The notes under the pieces are model-generated. The model was not told the DNA's origin and did no database searches. It saw nothing but the letters and a program-made list of their open reading frames with translations. A stretch of DNA of 64,000 nucleotides from a virus (taxonomy: Duplodnaviria > Caudoviricetes). Positions 17,048 to 28,300 of the stretch are shown here, in pieces. The stretch lies in the IMG/VR virus record IMGVR_UViG_3300021560_000015, positions 1-64,000 of that record. The stretch is one strand, 5' to 3'. Every line of letters starts with the position of its first letter. Position 1 is the stretch's first letter. Made by a program: the position numbers and the translations under genes.

Positions 17048-18052
17048 ATGCCAATGACGCCCTACGCATCCGATCTCCACATCGACAGGCTGCTGAGCAA
17101 TGTGTCAGTCGCCTATTTCATGGACCCGAACGACTTCATCGCGGACAAGATGTTCCCCGGTGTGCCGAGCGGTCCACGAAGCAACTTGTTCCGCAAGTAC
17201 AGCAAGAGCGACTGGCGTCGCACCGATGCCGAGAAGCGGGCCCCCGGTACCGAGTCGGCCGGCATCAGCTGGAACGTGAACAACGACCGGTTCTTCGCCG
17301 AGGTGTATGCCGCGCACGTCGACATTGATGACCAGACCCGAGCGAACGCCAGCGAGGATCAGTGGAACCTGGACTCTGACGCCACCCGGCTGATCACCAA
17401 CCACCTGCTCATCCAGAAGGATGTGCTCTGGGCTAACCAGTACTTCAAGACCGGTGTCTGGGGCCAGGAGTACCAGGGCGTTGCGTCCGCTCCGACCGGC
17501 ACTCAATTCGTGCAGTGGAACGTAAGTACGTCGGACCCGCTGTCCAACTTCAGCAAGTGGCGCACCGCATTCCGGCTGTCCACCACCAAGCCGGTGTCCG
17601 TCATGCTGATGGGTGCCGATGTCTGGGTCGCGCTCGAGAACCACCCTGCGATTCTGGACCGGATCAAGTACACCCAGAAGGGCGTCGTCACCCAGGACCT
17701 GGTGGCCGGCTTCTTCGGGGTGCCGAAGCTGCTGGTGGCCTACAGCTCGCAGGGCACCGGTCCGAAGATTGCCGACGCAGCGGCACAGGATGCGGCAGCC
17801 ACCTACAGCTGGACGATGGACTCCAAGTCGATCCTGTTCGGCTACGCACCGGACCGCCCGTCCCAGTTCGAGCCGGCGATGGGCTACACCTTCAACTGGA
17901 AGGGCTATGGCGCGGGCAACCGGTCGGGGCTGACGATGAGCCAGTTCCGCCAGCAGCACCTCAAGAGCGACCGGATCGAGGGCGAGGCCGCCTACGACCT
18001 CAAGCTCGTGTCCGCCGACTGTGGAGTGTTCTGCACGGCAGCTGTCGCGTAG
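17048..18052 (+). CDS. Major capsid protein
   Basis: 334 aa; HIDRLLSNVSVAY start; strong RBS AGGAGG; position in head module. Confidence 0.85.
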   Translation: MPMTPYASDLHIDRLLSNVSVAYFMDPNDFIADKMFPGVPSGPRSNLFRKYSKSDWRRTDAEKRAPGTESAGISWNVNNDRFFAEVYAAHVDIDDQTRANASEDQWNLDSDATRLITNHLLIQKDVLWANQYFKTGVWGQEYQGVASAPTGTQFVQWNVSTSDPLSNFSKWRTAFRLSTTKPVSVMLMGADVWVALENHPAILDRIKYTQKGVVTQDLVAGFFGVPKLLVAYSSQGTGPKIADAAAQDAAATYSWTMDSKSILFGYAPDRPSQFEPAMGYTFNWKGYGAGNRSGLTMSQFRQQHLKSDRIEGEAAYDLKLVSADCGVFCTAAVA

Positions 18053-18057
18053 GCGCC

Positions 18058-18558
18058 ATGGCGACGGTCAAGACCTACGCCGCCAGCCGCCTGTTGGACA
18101 TGGGCGGCGGGCGCATCCGCGAGCCCGGCTACCACCTACTGGGCTCCGGCGAGCACGATCGCGGCCAGCTGGTCCCCGAAGCGCACACCGTGTTGCGGCT
18201 GGACTCCATGCTGCATACCGGCTTCGTGGAAGAGGTTGAGGTCGACGAAGACGAGTTCCGCGCTGCGATCGCTGAGTACTGCCCCGAGCTTGAGGACGAG
18301 ATCCTGGCCAAGGTTGGATTGGACAGGGAGGGCTCGGTGTTCGGCGGCACCGAGTCCGCCCCCTACCACCCCGAGGAGCCACCGGCCTCTACCGAGGAGC
18401 TGGCCAACACGATCCCGCCGGCACCAGGGGTCGAAGAAGAGGCGCCGGCCGTCGAGGCCCAGGCCATCGCGGACAACGTCTGCCCGGTGTGCGGCGAAGA
18501 GTTCAAGTCCGCCGCAGGGATGAAGAGTCACCGCACCCGTATGCACTCAGAGGGGTAG
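18058..18558 (+). CDS. Hypothetical acidic protein with C-terminal C2H2 zinc finger
   Basis: CPVCGEEFKSAAGMKSHRTRMH; start reassigned to ATG 18058. Confidence 0.65.
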   Translation: MATVKTYAASRLLDMGGGRIREPGYHLLGSGEHDRGQLVPEAHTVLRLDSMLHTGFVEEVEVDEDEFRAAIAEYCPELEDEILAKVGLDREGSVFGGTESAPYHPEEPPASTEELANTIPPAPGVEEEAPAVEAQAIADNVCPVCGEEFKSAAGMKSHRTRMHSEG

Positions 18559-18563
18559 CCATC

Positions 18564-19034
18564 ATGGTCTACTCCGGTGACCCCTCAGCGAGCCCCATTG
18601 ACGCGGTGCGCTTCTGGCTCGGTGATACCGGCGATCCCTCGCTGCTGACCGACGCCGAGATCCAGTACGAGATCGACACGGACACCGCCGCTGCCGGCGA
18701 TCCGATCCTCGAGGCTGCGGCACTGTGCAGCATCCTGGTCGCGAAGTACTCCGGCTGGGTGTCCATCTCCGCCGATGGTGTCAGCTACTCCGGTGACCAG
18801 CTGGCCAACAAGTACAACGCCCTCGCTAGCCAGCTGCGCACCGAGCACGCGCAGCGGATGGTCTCCTCCGGCGCACCGATACTCGCTGCTGATGATTACC
18901 CCTACACCATCCCGCGCAACTTCCGGATGGGCATGTATGACAACCTGCAGGCCGGCGTCCAGGGACCGCTGCCGATCAACCGGCTGGAGTGGCCGGAAGA
19001 GGAAGACCCCTCCAACTACAACCCGACACCATGA
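18564..19034 (+). CDS. Head-tail adaptor
   Basis: VRFWLGDT...LLTDAEIQY pattern; position after capsid. Confidence 0.7.
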   Translation: MVYSGDPSASPIDAVRFWLGDTGDPSLLTDAEIQYEIDTDTAAAGDPILEAAALCSILVAKYSGWVSISADGVSYSGDQLANKYNALASQLRTEHAQRMVSSGAPILAADDYPYTIPRNFRMGMYDNLQAGVQGPLPINRLEWPEEEDPSNYNPTP

Positions 19035-19468
19035 CTACTTCGACCAACCTCGATGCCATCCGGGCGCACGTGCGCGCCTACGTCGCGTCCAACATGCTCG
19101 ATGCGGTGTCCATCACCCGACCGGACCAGCCAAGCATGGTGCTGGACCCGGCGACCGGTCAGCTCCATGCTCCGCCGGCCACCGTGATCTACGCCGGCAA
19201 GGCCCGAGTACACAAAGCCAGCAGTACTGGCAACGCCGGCACCGGGGGCGGCAACATCGCTCAGCGCGAGGTCGTCATTAGCACCCCGTGGGACAGCCCA
19301 GAGGCGCAGGTCGACGATCTCGTGGAGATCACCGTGCAGGGCGATGCGGCGCTGGTTGAGACCTGGTGGCGGGTGATCGGGGTGTCCACCGGCGGCATCT
19401 TCGTCGAGGCCAATACCTATACCTGCAACGCCTGGGACAAGAGCTCCTACTGGAGCGGCAATGGCTAG
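19031..19468 (+). CDS. Head-tail stopper (DUF6093-like)
   Basis: LDPATG...VIYAGKARV...P....QVDDLVEIT pattern; position. Confidence 0.65.
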   Translation: MTTSTNLDAIRAHVRAYVASNMLDAVSITRPDQPSMVLDPATGQLHAPPATVIYAGKARVHKASSTGNAGTGGGNIAQREVVISTPWDSPEAQVDDLVEITVQGDAALVETWWRVIGVSTGGIFVEANTYTCNAWDKSSYWSGNG

Positions 19469-19727
19469 CCTCCAGGATGTCGTTGACGACCTCGGTTACG
19501 CCGCCGGCGCCGGGGCCGAGCACCTGGGCGCTATGGTCACTGAGGACGCCCGTGTCCTCGCGGAGATGGGGCGCCCCGGACCTGGGCTCCATCAAGCGGC
19601 GGCGCTGGCGGGGCGCAGCTCCCCGGCCAGCGCCAGCCAGAGCTTCGTGCCGCCCGCCGTACTGGCCCACCGGATGGCTGTCGAGGCTGCACAAGGCGGC
19701 GCAGAGCTGGCGGTGGGGAAGCGATGA
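19461..19727 (+). CDS. Neck-region hypothetical protein
   Basis: Overlaps both neighbours in the neck module. Confidence 0.45.
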   Translation: MASLQDVVDDLGYAAGAGAEHLGAMVTEDARVLAEMGRPGPGLHQAAALAGRSSPASASQSFVPPAVLAHRMAVEAAQGGAELAVGKR

Positions 19728-20170
19728 CCGCCCCTGCCATTGCCCGCTCGCCGGTCACCGCTGCGGTGGTCGCTGCGTTGGGGGCCACCGGTAAGCCGGT
19801 CGGGGATGGCGTTCTGCCCGACGCCTCCTGGATCGGTCAGCCGATGGCCCCCGGCTCGGTCTTCGAGCCGTTCACCGTGGCCAGCGCGTTAATGGCCGGC
19901 ACCAGCTGGGGACCGATGTCGGAGTGGCAAGCCGACTGGCAGCTGCCCTACATGGTGGAGAACTTCGGGTTGTCCCGCGAGCAGTGCGAGTGGATGACCG
20001 AGAAGTCCCGCGCCGCGATGCTCGCGATGATCGGCAGTTCGATCGGCGGCTACGTGATCGGGTTCGTCCACCTGGACTCGATCGGCACGCCGAACCGGAT
20101 CGACACGTTCCAACCGCCCTTCTACCACCAGCAGGACGGCTACACCCTGTGGACCTTCAAGGAGGCCTGA
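19724..20170 (+). CDS. Tail terminator-like protein
   Basis: Position before tail tube genes; size 148 aa. Confidence 0.55.
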   Translation: MTAPAIARSPVTAAVVAALGATGKPVGDGVLPDASWIGQPMAPGSVFEPFTVASALMAGTSWGPMSEWQADWQLPYMVENFGLSREQCEWMTEKSRAAMLAMIGSSIGGYVIGFVHLDSIGTPNRIDTFQPPFYHQQDGYTLWTFKEA

Positions 20171-20171
20171 G

Positions 20172-20390
20172 ATGACTCAGTACGTAGTGATCGAGAAGGA
20201 CGGCATCCAGGCGGAGGTGCTCAAGGAGGCCGCCGACGACGTGTGGGTGCCGGTGATGGGCTGGTCCATCGTGGGCGAGCCTACCGATGCCCCCACCAAG
20301 GATCCGTGGGCACCGGCCGAATCGGCCGAGTCCGCGCCCGAGGAGGCAGCGCCAGCAGAGCCAGCAGCCCCCGAAGCGCCTGCGTCGTAG
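20172..20390 (+). CDS. Small acidic Pro/Ala-rich hypothetical protein
   Basis: RBS and GC3-biased codons. Confidence 0.55.
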   Translation: MTQYVVIEKDGIQAEVLKEAADDVWVPVMGWSIVGEPTDAPTKDPWAPAESAESAPEEAAPAEPAAPEAPAS

Positions 20391-20399
20391 GGCCCCTAG

Positions 20400-20430
20400 G
20401 ACGGAGTGCAGACCCCCCGAGAATCAAATC
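20400..20430 (+). promoter_or_regulatory. Putative late promoter for tail operon
   Basis: GACGGAGTGCAG-ACCCCCC-GAGAAT matches consensus and spacing. Confidence 0.6.
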
Positions 20431-20470
20431 AGGGGACCGGACCGGTTCCTGACTGAGGCGGTGTAAGGCA

Positions 20471-20944
20471 ATGGCTCGCTACATCCCTAACCAGCACAGC
20501 TGGTTCGGCTTCGTCACCACCATGACCGGCACGCCGACCGTCCCGAAGGCAACGGACCTGGGCACCGCAGTGGTGCTGACCTCGCTGATCACCGGGCTGA
20601 CTGCGAGCTCGGCCGGCCAGGCGGTGCCTACCCCGGACTTCTCGAATCTGTTCGAGACCAGCATCAGCGGCACGGTGCAAGCGACCTTCCAGATCGACGG
20701 TTATCGCGATGACGTGGGCGCCAGCGATCTGTTGTGGAGCACGCTTCCGCGTGGCACCAGCGGCTTCTTCTTCGTTGCGCTCAAGCCCGCCGGCCCCACT
20801 CCGGTCGTCGGCGACAAGGTGGACTGCTGGCCGATCCAGGTGCTCTCCCGGACCGTGCCGAACTACACCTCTGGGCAGGTGGTGGCCTGTCAGATCACCG
20901 CTGCCGTTCCCCAAGTCCCCGGCGAGAACGTGGCGCTGACCTGA
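20471..20944 (+). CDS. Major tail tube protein, copy 1
   Basis: Actinophage tail-tube-like pattern (VPTPDF...FETSISG...Y.DD...W.TLPRG..G.F.V). Confidence 0.75.
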   Translation: MARYIPNQHSWFGFVTTMTGTPTVPKATDLGTAVVLTSLITGLTASSAGQAVPTPDFSNLFETSISGTVQATFQIDGYRDDVGASDLLWSTLPRGTSGFFFVALKPAGPTPVVGDKVDCWPIQVLSRTVPNYTSGQVVACQITAAVPQVPGENVALT

Positions 20945-20960
20945 GCGAGGCGGTGTAGAG

Positions 20961-21437
20961 ATGGCACGGTATATCCCCAACCAGCACAGCTGGTTTGGCT
21001 TTGCTGCCACATTGACGGGCACGGTGCTTGCTCCCAAGGTCGCTGACTTCACCGGTGCGATAGTGCTCACCCCACTGATCACCGGCCTCACTGCCTCCAG
21101 CGCCGGCCAGGCTGTCCCCACTCCGGACTTCTCCAACCTTTTCGAGACCTCCATCTCGGGCACCGTGCAGGCCACCTTCCAGATCGACGGATACCGCGAC
21201 GATGTCCCAGGCAATGACTTGCTCTGGTCGACCTTGCCGCGCGGCACCTCCGGGTACTTCTTCGTGGCGCTGAAGAGCGGTGGAGCTGTCCCGATCGCCA
21301 CCGACAAGGTCGACGTATGGCCCATCCAGGTGCTGTCTAGGACGGTGCCGAACTACACCTCCGGCCAGGTCGTGGCCTGTCAGATCACTGCTGCAGTGCC
21401 GCAGGTACCGGGCGAGAACGTGGCGGTCGTTCCGTAG
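20961..21437 (+). CDS. Major tail tube protein, copy 2
   Basis: About 83% amino-acid identity to copy 1 by hand alignment. Confidence 0.75.
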   Translation: MARYIPNQHSWFGFAATLTGTVLAPKVADFTGAIVLTPLITGLTASSAGQAVPTPDFSNLFETSISGTVQATFQIDGYRDDVPGNDLLWSTLPRGTSGYFFVALKSGGAVPIATDKVDVWPIQVLSRTVPNYTSGQVVACQITAAVPQVPGENVAVVP

Positions 21438-21500
21438 CGCCCACTTCTCCGTAGATGGAGGTTGCCCTAGTGTGGTGCCGTGCCTCCACGGAGGAGAGCG

Positions 21501-21926
21501 ATGACCGACACCGACACCAAGGTCTTGGCTGCCCAAAACGGACAGCGCGAACACGCCAAGCGCGCCACCCTGGAAATGCTGCGGGAGAAGAAGCCCGCCG
21601 AGCGCGAGGTAGTCACCCGGTTGTCACCGGACAGCGAGGAAGTCTCCTTCCTGCTGCGCGCGATGAGCGCCACCGGATACGACAAGCTGGTCACCCGACA
21701 CCCGCCCACCAACGAGCAGCAGGTCGATGGCGCCCAGTTCAACGTGGACACCTTCGCGCCGGCGCTGATGGCTCGGGTGATCGTCGAGCCGGAGGCCGAG
21801 GAGTCCTTCTGGCTCGAGCGCTGGAAGGACCCGAACTGGGGCCGCGGCGAGATCGGCAGCCTGTACTTCGCCTGCAGCGAGCTGTGCAACCGAGGTCTCG
21901 ATCTGGTCCCTTTCGTCGACGGCTAA
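21501..21926 (+). CDS. Tail assembly chaperone (G)
   Basis: Between tail tube and tape measure; RBS GGAGGAG; slippery site at 3' end. Confidence 0.75.
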   Translation: MTDTDTKVLAAQNGQREHAKRATLEMLREKKPAEREVVTRLSPDSEEVSFLLRAMSATGYDKLVTRHPPTNEQQVDGAQFNVDTFAPALMARVIVEPEAEESFWLERWKDPNWGRGEIGSLYFACSELCNRGLDLVPFVDG

Positions 21927-22348
21927 GGCGGGACCAGAACTTCTACCTCGAGTTGACCTTTTGCAACGAGGCGGGCATTCCGCACTCCTTCTTTCTCGGT
22001 GAGTCCCCGATGCACTGGTCCAGCGAGGACCGGGCCAAGGCGATTGCCTTCATCATCGAGAAGGGCGCGCGCTGCACGCTGTGCGGCACCGCCCAGTGGG
22101 AGTGGGCCGAGAATCGTTACGCCTATGAGCCGGCGGTGCGCATCTGTCGCGGTTGCGAGATGAAGGAGTCGGTCTCCAATGAGACCAACCGGCAGCCAGG
22201 TCTGACCGTTGAGCTAGCTCCCACGGTTGGGCTCGAGGCAGCCAGACGACAGCTGGCGCAGGAGAAGCGGATGCGCATCCTGTCCCGCGATGATGAGGAC
22301 GAGAAGCTCAAGCCCATCCCGGTGCCGCCTACTCAGACGCTGGCCTAG
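21908..22348 (+). CDS. Tail assembly chaperone -1 frameshift extension (GT)
   Basis: C CCT TTC heptamer at 21908-21914 (X XXY YYZ) leads into the -1 frame, which is open to 22348 and has no own start. Confidence 0.75.
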   Translation, partial: PFRRRLRRDQNFYLELTFCNEAGIPHSFFLGESPMHWSSEDRAKAIAFIIEKGARCTLCGTAQWEWAENRYAYEPAVRICRGCEMKESVSNETNRQPGLTVELAPTVGLEAARRQLAQEKRMRILSRDDEDEKLKPIPVPPTQTLA

Positions 22349-22351
22349 TCG

Positions 22352-25300
22352 ATGACCACCTTCGCGGACCCGATGCCGACACCGTATGACGGTGGCGGTG
22401 GCGATGTCAGCCGCTCTGCAACGGTCCAGCTGGACGCAAACACCAGTGGTTACCAGCAGCAGATGCGCGCGGCGCAGGCGGCCACCGCACAGCTGACCCA
22501 GGGCGTCACCCAGCTGTCCTTCCACGTGGACAACCTGTTCAAGGCGGCCGGCAAGGGCCTGAAGATCATCTCGGCTGGCGACGTAGCGCTGATGACCAGC
22601 GCGGTGGCCAGCGCTGCCAGCTTCCAGCAGCAGATGGGCACGCTGAGCGCCACCGCCGCGGTGACCGGCAAGTCGATGTCCACCTTCTCCAGTGCAGTCA
22701 ACAACGCCTTCGTCAAGTTCCCGCAGTCCCGCGGCGAGATCGTGCAGATGGTGCAGAGCCTGGCCGGCCTGTCGGTGGGCAGCAAGTACATCGGGCAGAT
22801 CACCCAGGAGGCCATCAAGCTCGAGACCGCGCTGGGCGAGCAGGGCGTAGGCGCCGCGCTGGTGCAGCTGGACCGCACCATGGGCGTCACCCAGGCCCGG
22901 TTCGGCAACATGGCCAACAGCCTGCTGACGCTGGCCAAGAACGCCGGCGTGTCCGGTGGCGGGATCGCCCAGCAGGCGCAAATGATCGCGCCGATCTCCC
23001 GGATGGCCGGTATGCGGCCGGGCCAGATCCTGGGTGCGGCCACCGCGATGCAGCGCTCCGGCGCATCAGCGGGCACTGCGGCGAGCATGTGGAACTCGAT
23101 GCTCACCGACATGATGACCATGGCGCGCACCGGTGACCCGAACCTGACCCAGTACTCCTCCTTCATGGGAATGAGTCAGGGTCAGCTCACCCGGATGATC
23201 AACCGTGGTCAGGCTGGCCAGGCGATGGGCGCCATCTTCCGGCAGTTGAGTCGCGGTGGCGCGCCGGCACTGAACTTCGTCAACCAGATGGGCTGGGGGC
23301 CACGCGGCATCAGCGCTGCGCAGGCGCTCTCGAATGCCCAGCTGCAGCGAATGATGACCATGGGCCAGGGCGCCACGGCGAACCAGGCCAACCTCAACAA
23401 GGGCTTCCAGGCGGCCACCAACAACCTCGTGGACTCGATGTCCAAGCTGCACAACCAGGTCACCATGCTGGTCGAGCAACTGGGCGCCCCGCTGCTGGGG
23501 CCGCTGACTGCGTTCGCGAAGGCAATGTCCAGTGTCGTAGGAGTGATATCCAAGATCGCCGGCGCACCAGTCATTCACCAAATGCTGACCGCAGCGGGGG
23601 TGGCTGCCCCGTTGGGGCTTGGAGCAGGGGCGCTCGTATTGCGCCACCTTCCGATGATCATGGGCATGGCCACCATCAACTTGCTGCGCAAGACTGGCCT
23701 GGGTGTTGCCTTCCGAGAGGGCCGAGCACAGGCTGCCGGCGCCCTGGCGCCCGGCGAGGCGCTCATCGGTTCCCAGATCGCGGCTGCCGGTGGCATAGGG
23801 GCCGCAGTACGTGGTGGCGGGATCAACGCACGCGCGGCGGGTGCCTACATGATGGGCCAGCGCTTCGGCGGTTGGTTCGGCGCAGCCCCTGCAGCCGGCG
23901 CAGGTGGCCCCGGCATGATCCGGCGTGGGCTGGCCTACGGGTTGCGCGGCATCGGGTTGGGTGGCGCGTGGGCCTACAACATGCAGGCGCAGACGCTGCG
24001 CGATGCGCGGCTGGAGGGCTACGCCCGCTCGGCCTACGCCGGCACGGGACTGGGCACCGGCCAGGCGGCTGCCGAACAAGCCTCGATCCGCGCCCGGATC
24101 GCAGCCGAGAAGATGACGACCGACCAGCTGCTGGCCAATGCCGGACTACTCGGTGTGGCCAAGCAGTCCATCCGTGACCTGACTCGCGCCGGATTTCGGT
24201 ATGCGAGTGAGGCCGGCAAGACCGGTGCCGCGCTGGCCGGCGGCGCGCTCTGGGGCGGCGTCAAGGGCTTCGGTAGGGGACTGCGCGGAATGGCCGGCCG
24301 AGCGCTGTTCGGCCCGTCGATGCCCAGCTTCGAGGCACAGCGAGCTGCCGAGCTCAAGGTGCAGGAGGCGGACGCGCGACTCGCGACAGCGATGGAGGCG
24401 CAGGCCGCTGCTGTCGGCAAGGGCACCGCAGCGATGACCAAGGCCAACGAGGCCTATGTCAAAGCAGTGCTGGATGTAGATGCGGCGCTGGTGGAGCAGG
24501 CTGCGGTAGCTCGAGCATCGGCAAAGCGGGGCCTGATCTCCGGCGGACCCGGTGGTGCAGGCGTCCTCGGCGGGATGCTCGGCATCGGTCGTGGTCGTGG
24601 CTACGGGATGGGCGTGGGCATGACGGCCATGCTGGCCAGCACCTTCCTGCCCGGCACCTTGGGCAGGGTTGCGGGCGGCGTCGGCACCGGCGCGATGATC
24701 GGCTCGATGATCCCCATTCCGGGTGCCACCGTCGCAGGCATGGCGATTGGCGGGCTGACCAGCTGGCTCACCCGTCCCAAGGCACCGCCTAAACCGGACC
24801 CGGCACTAGAAGCGGCCAAGCGTGCCGTGCCTAGCCAGGCCCAGGCGGTTCAGAACGCCATGGCGATGACCGGTTCCGTCAAGTCGCCGGCCGTCAAGGC
24901 GATCATCATGGGCTACGCCCGCAAGGAGGGGATGGTTGCCGACGCCAAGAAGGCCGGTGTCAGCGAGGACGACCTCTACAAGGCACTGACCGGGCAGCGG
25001 ATCAGCACCCAGCAAGTGCCCGCGCCCGGCATCGTGCCCTCCGGTGCGGCGATGCCCATGGGTCCCGGCGCTGGCTACGGCAGCGCGACCCAGGTCATGG
25101 GCGAGAGCATGAGCCCGGCGCTGGCTCTGGTCCAGCGATGGGCAACCCAGGGCGGTAGCGACCGTCACCTGCAAGAGACTCGGCTGCTCGAAGGAGCGGT
25201 CAAACGCGGTGCCCGACAGTGGGCGACCGCCGGCGCTCAACCGATGACTCCGCTGGGCAGCTTCCTGGCAAGTAGCCGCGCCTTCCAAGCGGTCACCACT

Positions 25301-28300
25301 GGCAAGCTGACCGGCGCACCGGGTCCACAGCAGGCGGCCATCGAGCAGGCCTCAGCGGCTGCGCTGAAGTTTGCGGGGAACACCACCCAGGCCGTTGTGC
25401 AGTTGGAGAAGCTGGCCAACGCATCCGGTGGCGCAACAGCTGCGATAGAGCAGGGTTCCGCGCAGTGGGCTCGCATGTTCGACGACGCCAACATGCAGTA
25501 CAAGTCCAAAGCGCAGCAGCTAGCCATCTTGGCACAGCGGGTTACTGCCGAGCGGCCGATGGCCACTGGGCCCCATGCCAAGCCGGAGGCCCAGAAACTC
25601 TATACGGGCGATGTGCAGGCACTGCTGGCCGGCAAGAGCGACTACAACCAGAGCCTGATCCAGCAGTACCAGGCGGCGCGCGACTTCGGCATCCAGATGA
25701 CCCGGATGTACCAGCAGTACTACACCACGAGGGATCGCCAGCAGCGCGACTTCCACCGCAGCCAGGCGCGGGCCGAGCAGGACTACAACCTGTCGCGGGC
25801 GCGCGAGATCCGCGACTTCAACAGGCAGGAGCTCTACGCGGCGCAGGACTACAACACCCAGGTCTTCCGCACCACCCAGGACTTCCACACTCAGATGAAG
25901 CGGGAGGCCGAGCAGGCTGCGCAGAGCATCTACAACCCGTTCCAGGAGGTGCAGGCCCAGGAGGTGGCCGGCGCCGGCATGACGCTCTACAACCTGCGCG
26001 ATCAGAACCGGCGCATCTTCCAGCAGATCGCGCAGCTGCGGCAGGCCCGCAAGATGGGGCTGTCCACCCAGGCCATCAAGGAACTCAACCTGGCTGACCC
26101 GCAGAACGCCCAGCAGTTGAACGCGATCGTGCAGCAGCTGGGCACTCCAGGGATGGCCTGGCAGATCAACCAGGCGGTGGCGATCCGGGTCAAGGGCACC
26201 ACCAGGCTGACCCAGAACACGCTGAACACCGAGTTCGCGAACACCATCCAGGACTTCCATCGCGGCCTGGCCCGGATGAAGGCCGACTACGACCGCACCC
26301 ACCAGCGGGCACTGGATCAGCAGCACACCGCGCTGACCGACATGGCGCACGACTACCACGTCAACACCCGGCGCATGGTGGCCGACGAGAACACCGCCCT
26401 GCAGGACATGGCCTTCGATTTCCACCGCACGGTGAATCAGACGGTGGGCGACATGACTCGGCAGATGACCGAGCTATATGGGTCGTTCGCGGTGAACACC
26501 ACCAAGGCCATCCAGGAGATCAACAGGACCTTCGGCAAGTACGCACCGCAGCTGGCCCGCACGCTGACCGCACAGATCGCGGTGGCCGAGAGCGCGATCC
26601 AGAGCGCGGCAACCACCAGCTACGGCCAACCGGGGATGCCGGTTGGGCCCGGTCTGGGTGGCCAGATGGGCCAGGTCACTGCCGGGAGTACCGGCGTAGG
26701 CAGCACGCGTGCGCAGCGCACGGTGGCCAATGCCTTGGTCGGGGCCGGCGTGAGCGCGGCCGGCGTAGCCGGAATCATGGGCAACATCGCTCAGGAGTCC
26801 GGCTTCAATCCGCTGGCTGGTAGGGGCACCGCCCATCAAGGCATTGGGCAATGGGGTGGCTCGCGGTGGGCCGCACTGCAGGCATTCGCGCGCTCATCGG
26901 GCTCCTCGGCCTATGACCTGAACACCCAGATCGCGTTCATGATCCGCGAAGCGAGGGCTCGCGGAGATCTCAGCGCAGCCAGCCAGGCCGGCTCAGCGAT
27001 GGCGGCAGCGGCCAGTTGGAACCAACGCTTTGAGGGCAGCGGAGAGAAGCCCGGCGATCCCGGTTACGCGAACCGGATGCGCTATGCGCAGGCGTGGGCG
27101 AGAAGCGCGCGCTACCAAACTGTCGGTGGCATCGGACGGAGCCCAGTCGGTCGCGGGCTACGTCGGGGACGCACCGACCAGGGCGTGGACTGGAGCGGCT
27201 CGGGCCCGATCTACGCGGTGGGCAACGGGCGCATCGCACTCGCCATCCCCAACGATCCGGGCTGGCTGGGTTCCTACATGGTGCTCAAGCTGGACAACCC
27301 GCCGAGCCGGGACCGCCAGTTCGTCTACTACGCCGAGGGGATCCACCAGACCGTGCGCCAGGGCCAGCGGGTGCGCGCCGGCCAAGTCATCGGGCATGCC
27401 TACGGTGGCTCCTCTGGCATTGAGATCGGCTGGGCGGCCGGCGCCAGCCAGACCACCCAGGCGCGGGCGCACAACCAACAGGCGCCAGGCAGCGACCCAG
27501 GCGCCCGGCCCTCCGGCTATGGCAGAAACTTCGCGCGCTGGATCACCGGGCACCAGCGCGGTGGCATCAGCCAGCACGAGCACCTGGCTCGTATTGCCGA
27601 GCACAACATGCCGGAGGCGGTCATCCCGCTGGACAACCGCGGCCACCAGTTCCTGCGCAACATGTACGCGAAGATCGCCGAAGACCTACGCCGGCTTGCT
27701 CACCATCGCCCGCGCGGAGTGACCACCGCCGATGTCGGTGCACTGCGCCAGCGCGAGCAGCAGCTCGGCCAGGCACTGCAGCACATCCATATCCACCACC
27801 ATCTGACCGCGGACCAACGCTGGGTGGCCCATGTGCGGCAGCAGGAGCGCAAGGCGCTGGAGCCGATCCGGCATCGCGAGCACATCCTGGCGCTGCGGGA
27901 GAACACGCTTGAGCACAAGCTGGCCAACAAGCACCTGAGCAAGATCGCACGGGAGGGCCTGGAGACCCGCGAGAAGGGCGTGGAGAGGCGACTCGATGCG
28001 CTGCGCGCGCGTGACGATCGGGTCCGCCAGCAGTTTGAGCACAAGATCTGGTGGCATCACGCGAGCGCCGAGCAGCGCTACGAGTACACCGTGCACGAGC
28101 ACATGCGGCAGCGGCTGCACCCGCTACAGCGCCAAGAGGAGAGCCTGGACAACCGGATCCGGCGGGTGGCGCACCGGCTGGCCCATGACCGGCTGACCAT
28201 GCATGAGCGACACCTATTGGAAAAGCGCGAAAAGAACCTGAAGAAGGAAGAGAAGAACGTCGAGAAACGCGAGACGCACGTCCGCAACGAGGCCGCGCAG

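Noticed and set aside
20471-21437. Near-duplicate sequence as a diversity-generating retroelement TR/VR pair
   Set aside because: Both copies are full genes, differences are not adenine-restricted, and no reverse transcriptase is in the window.
21455-21907. N-terminal half of the 297-aa ORF 21455-22348 as a real protein
   Set aside because: It overlaps the chaperone gene in another frame; only the part after the slippery site is coding-like.
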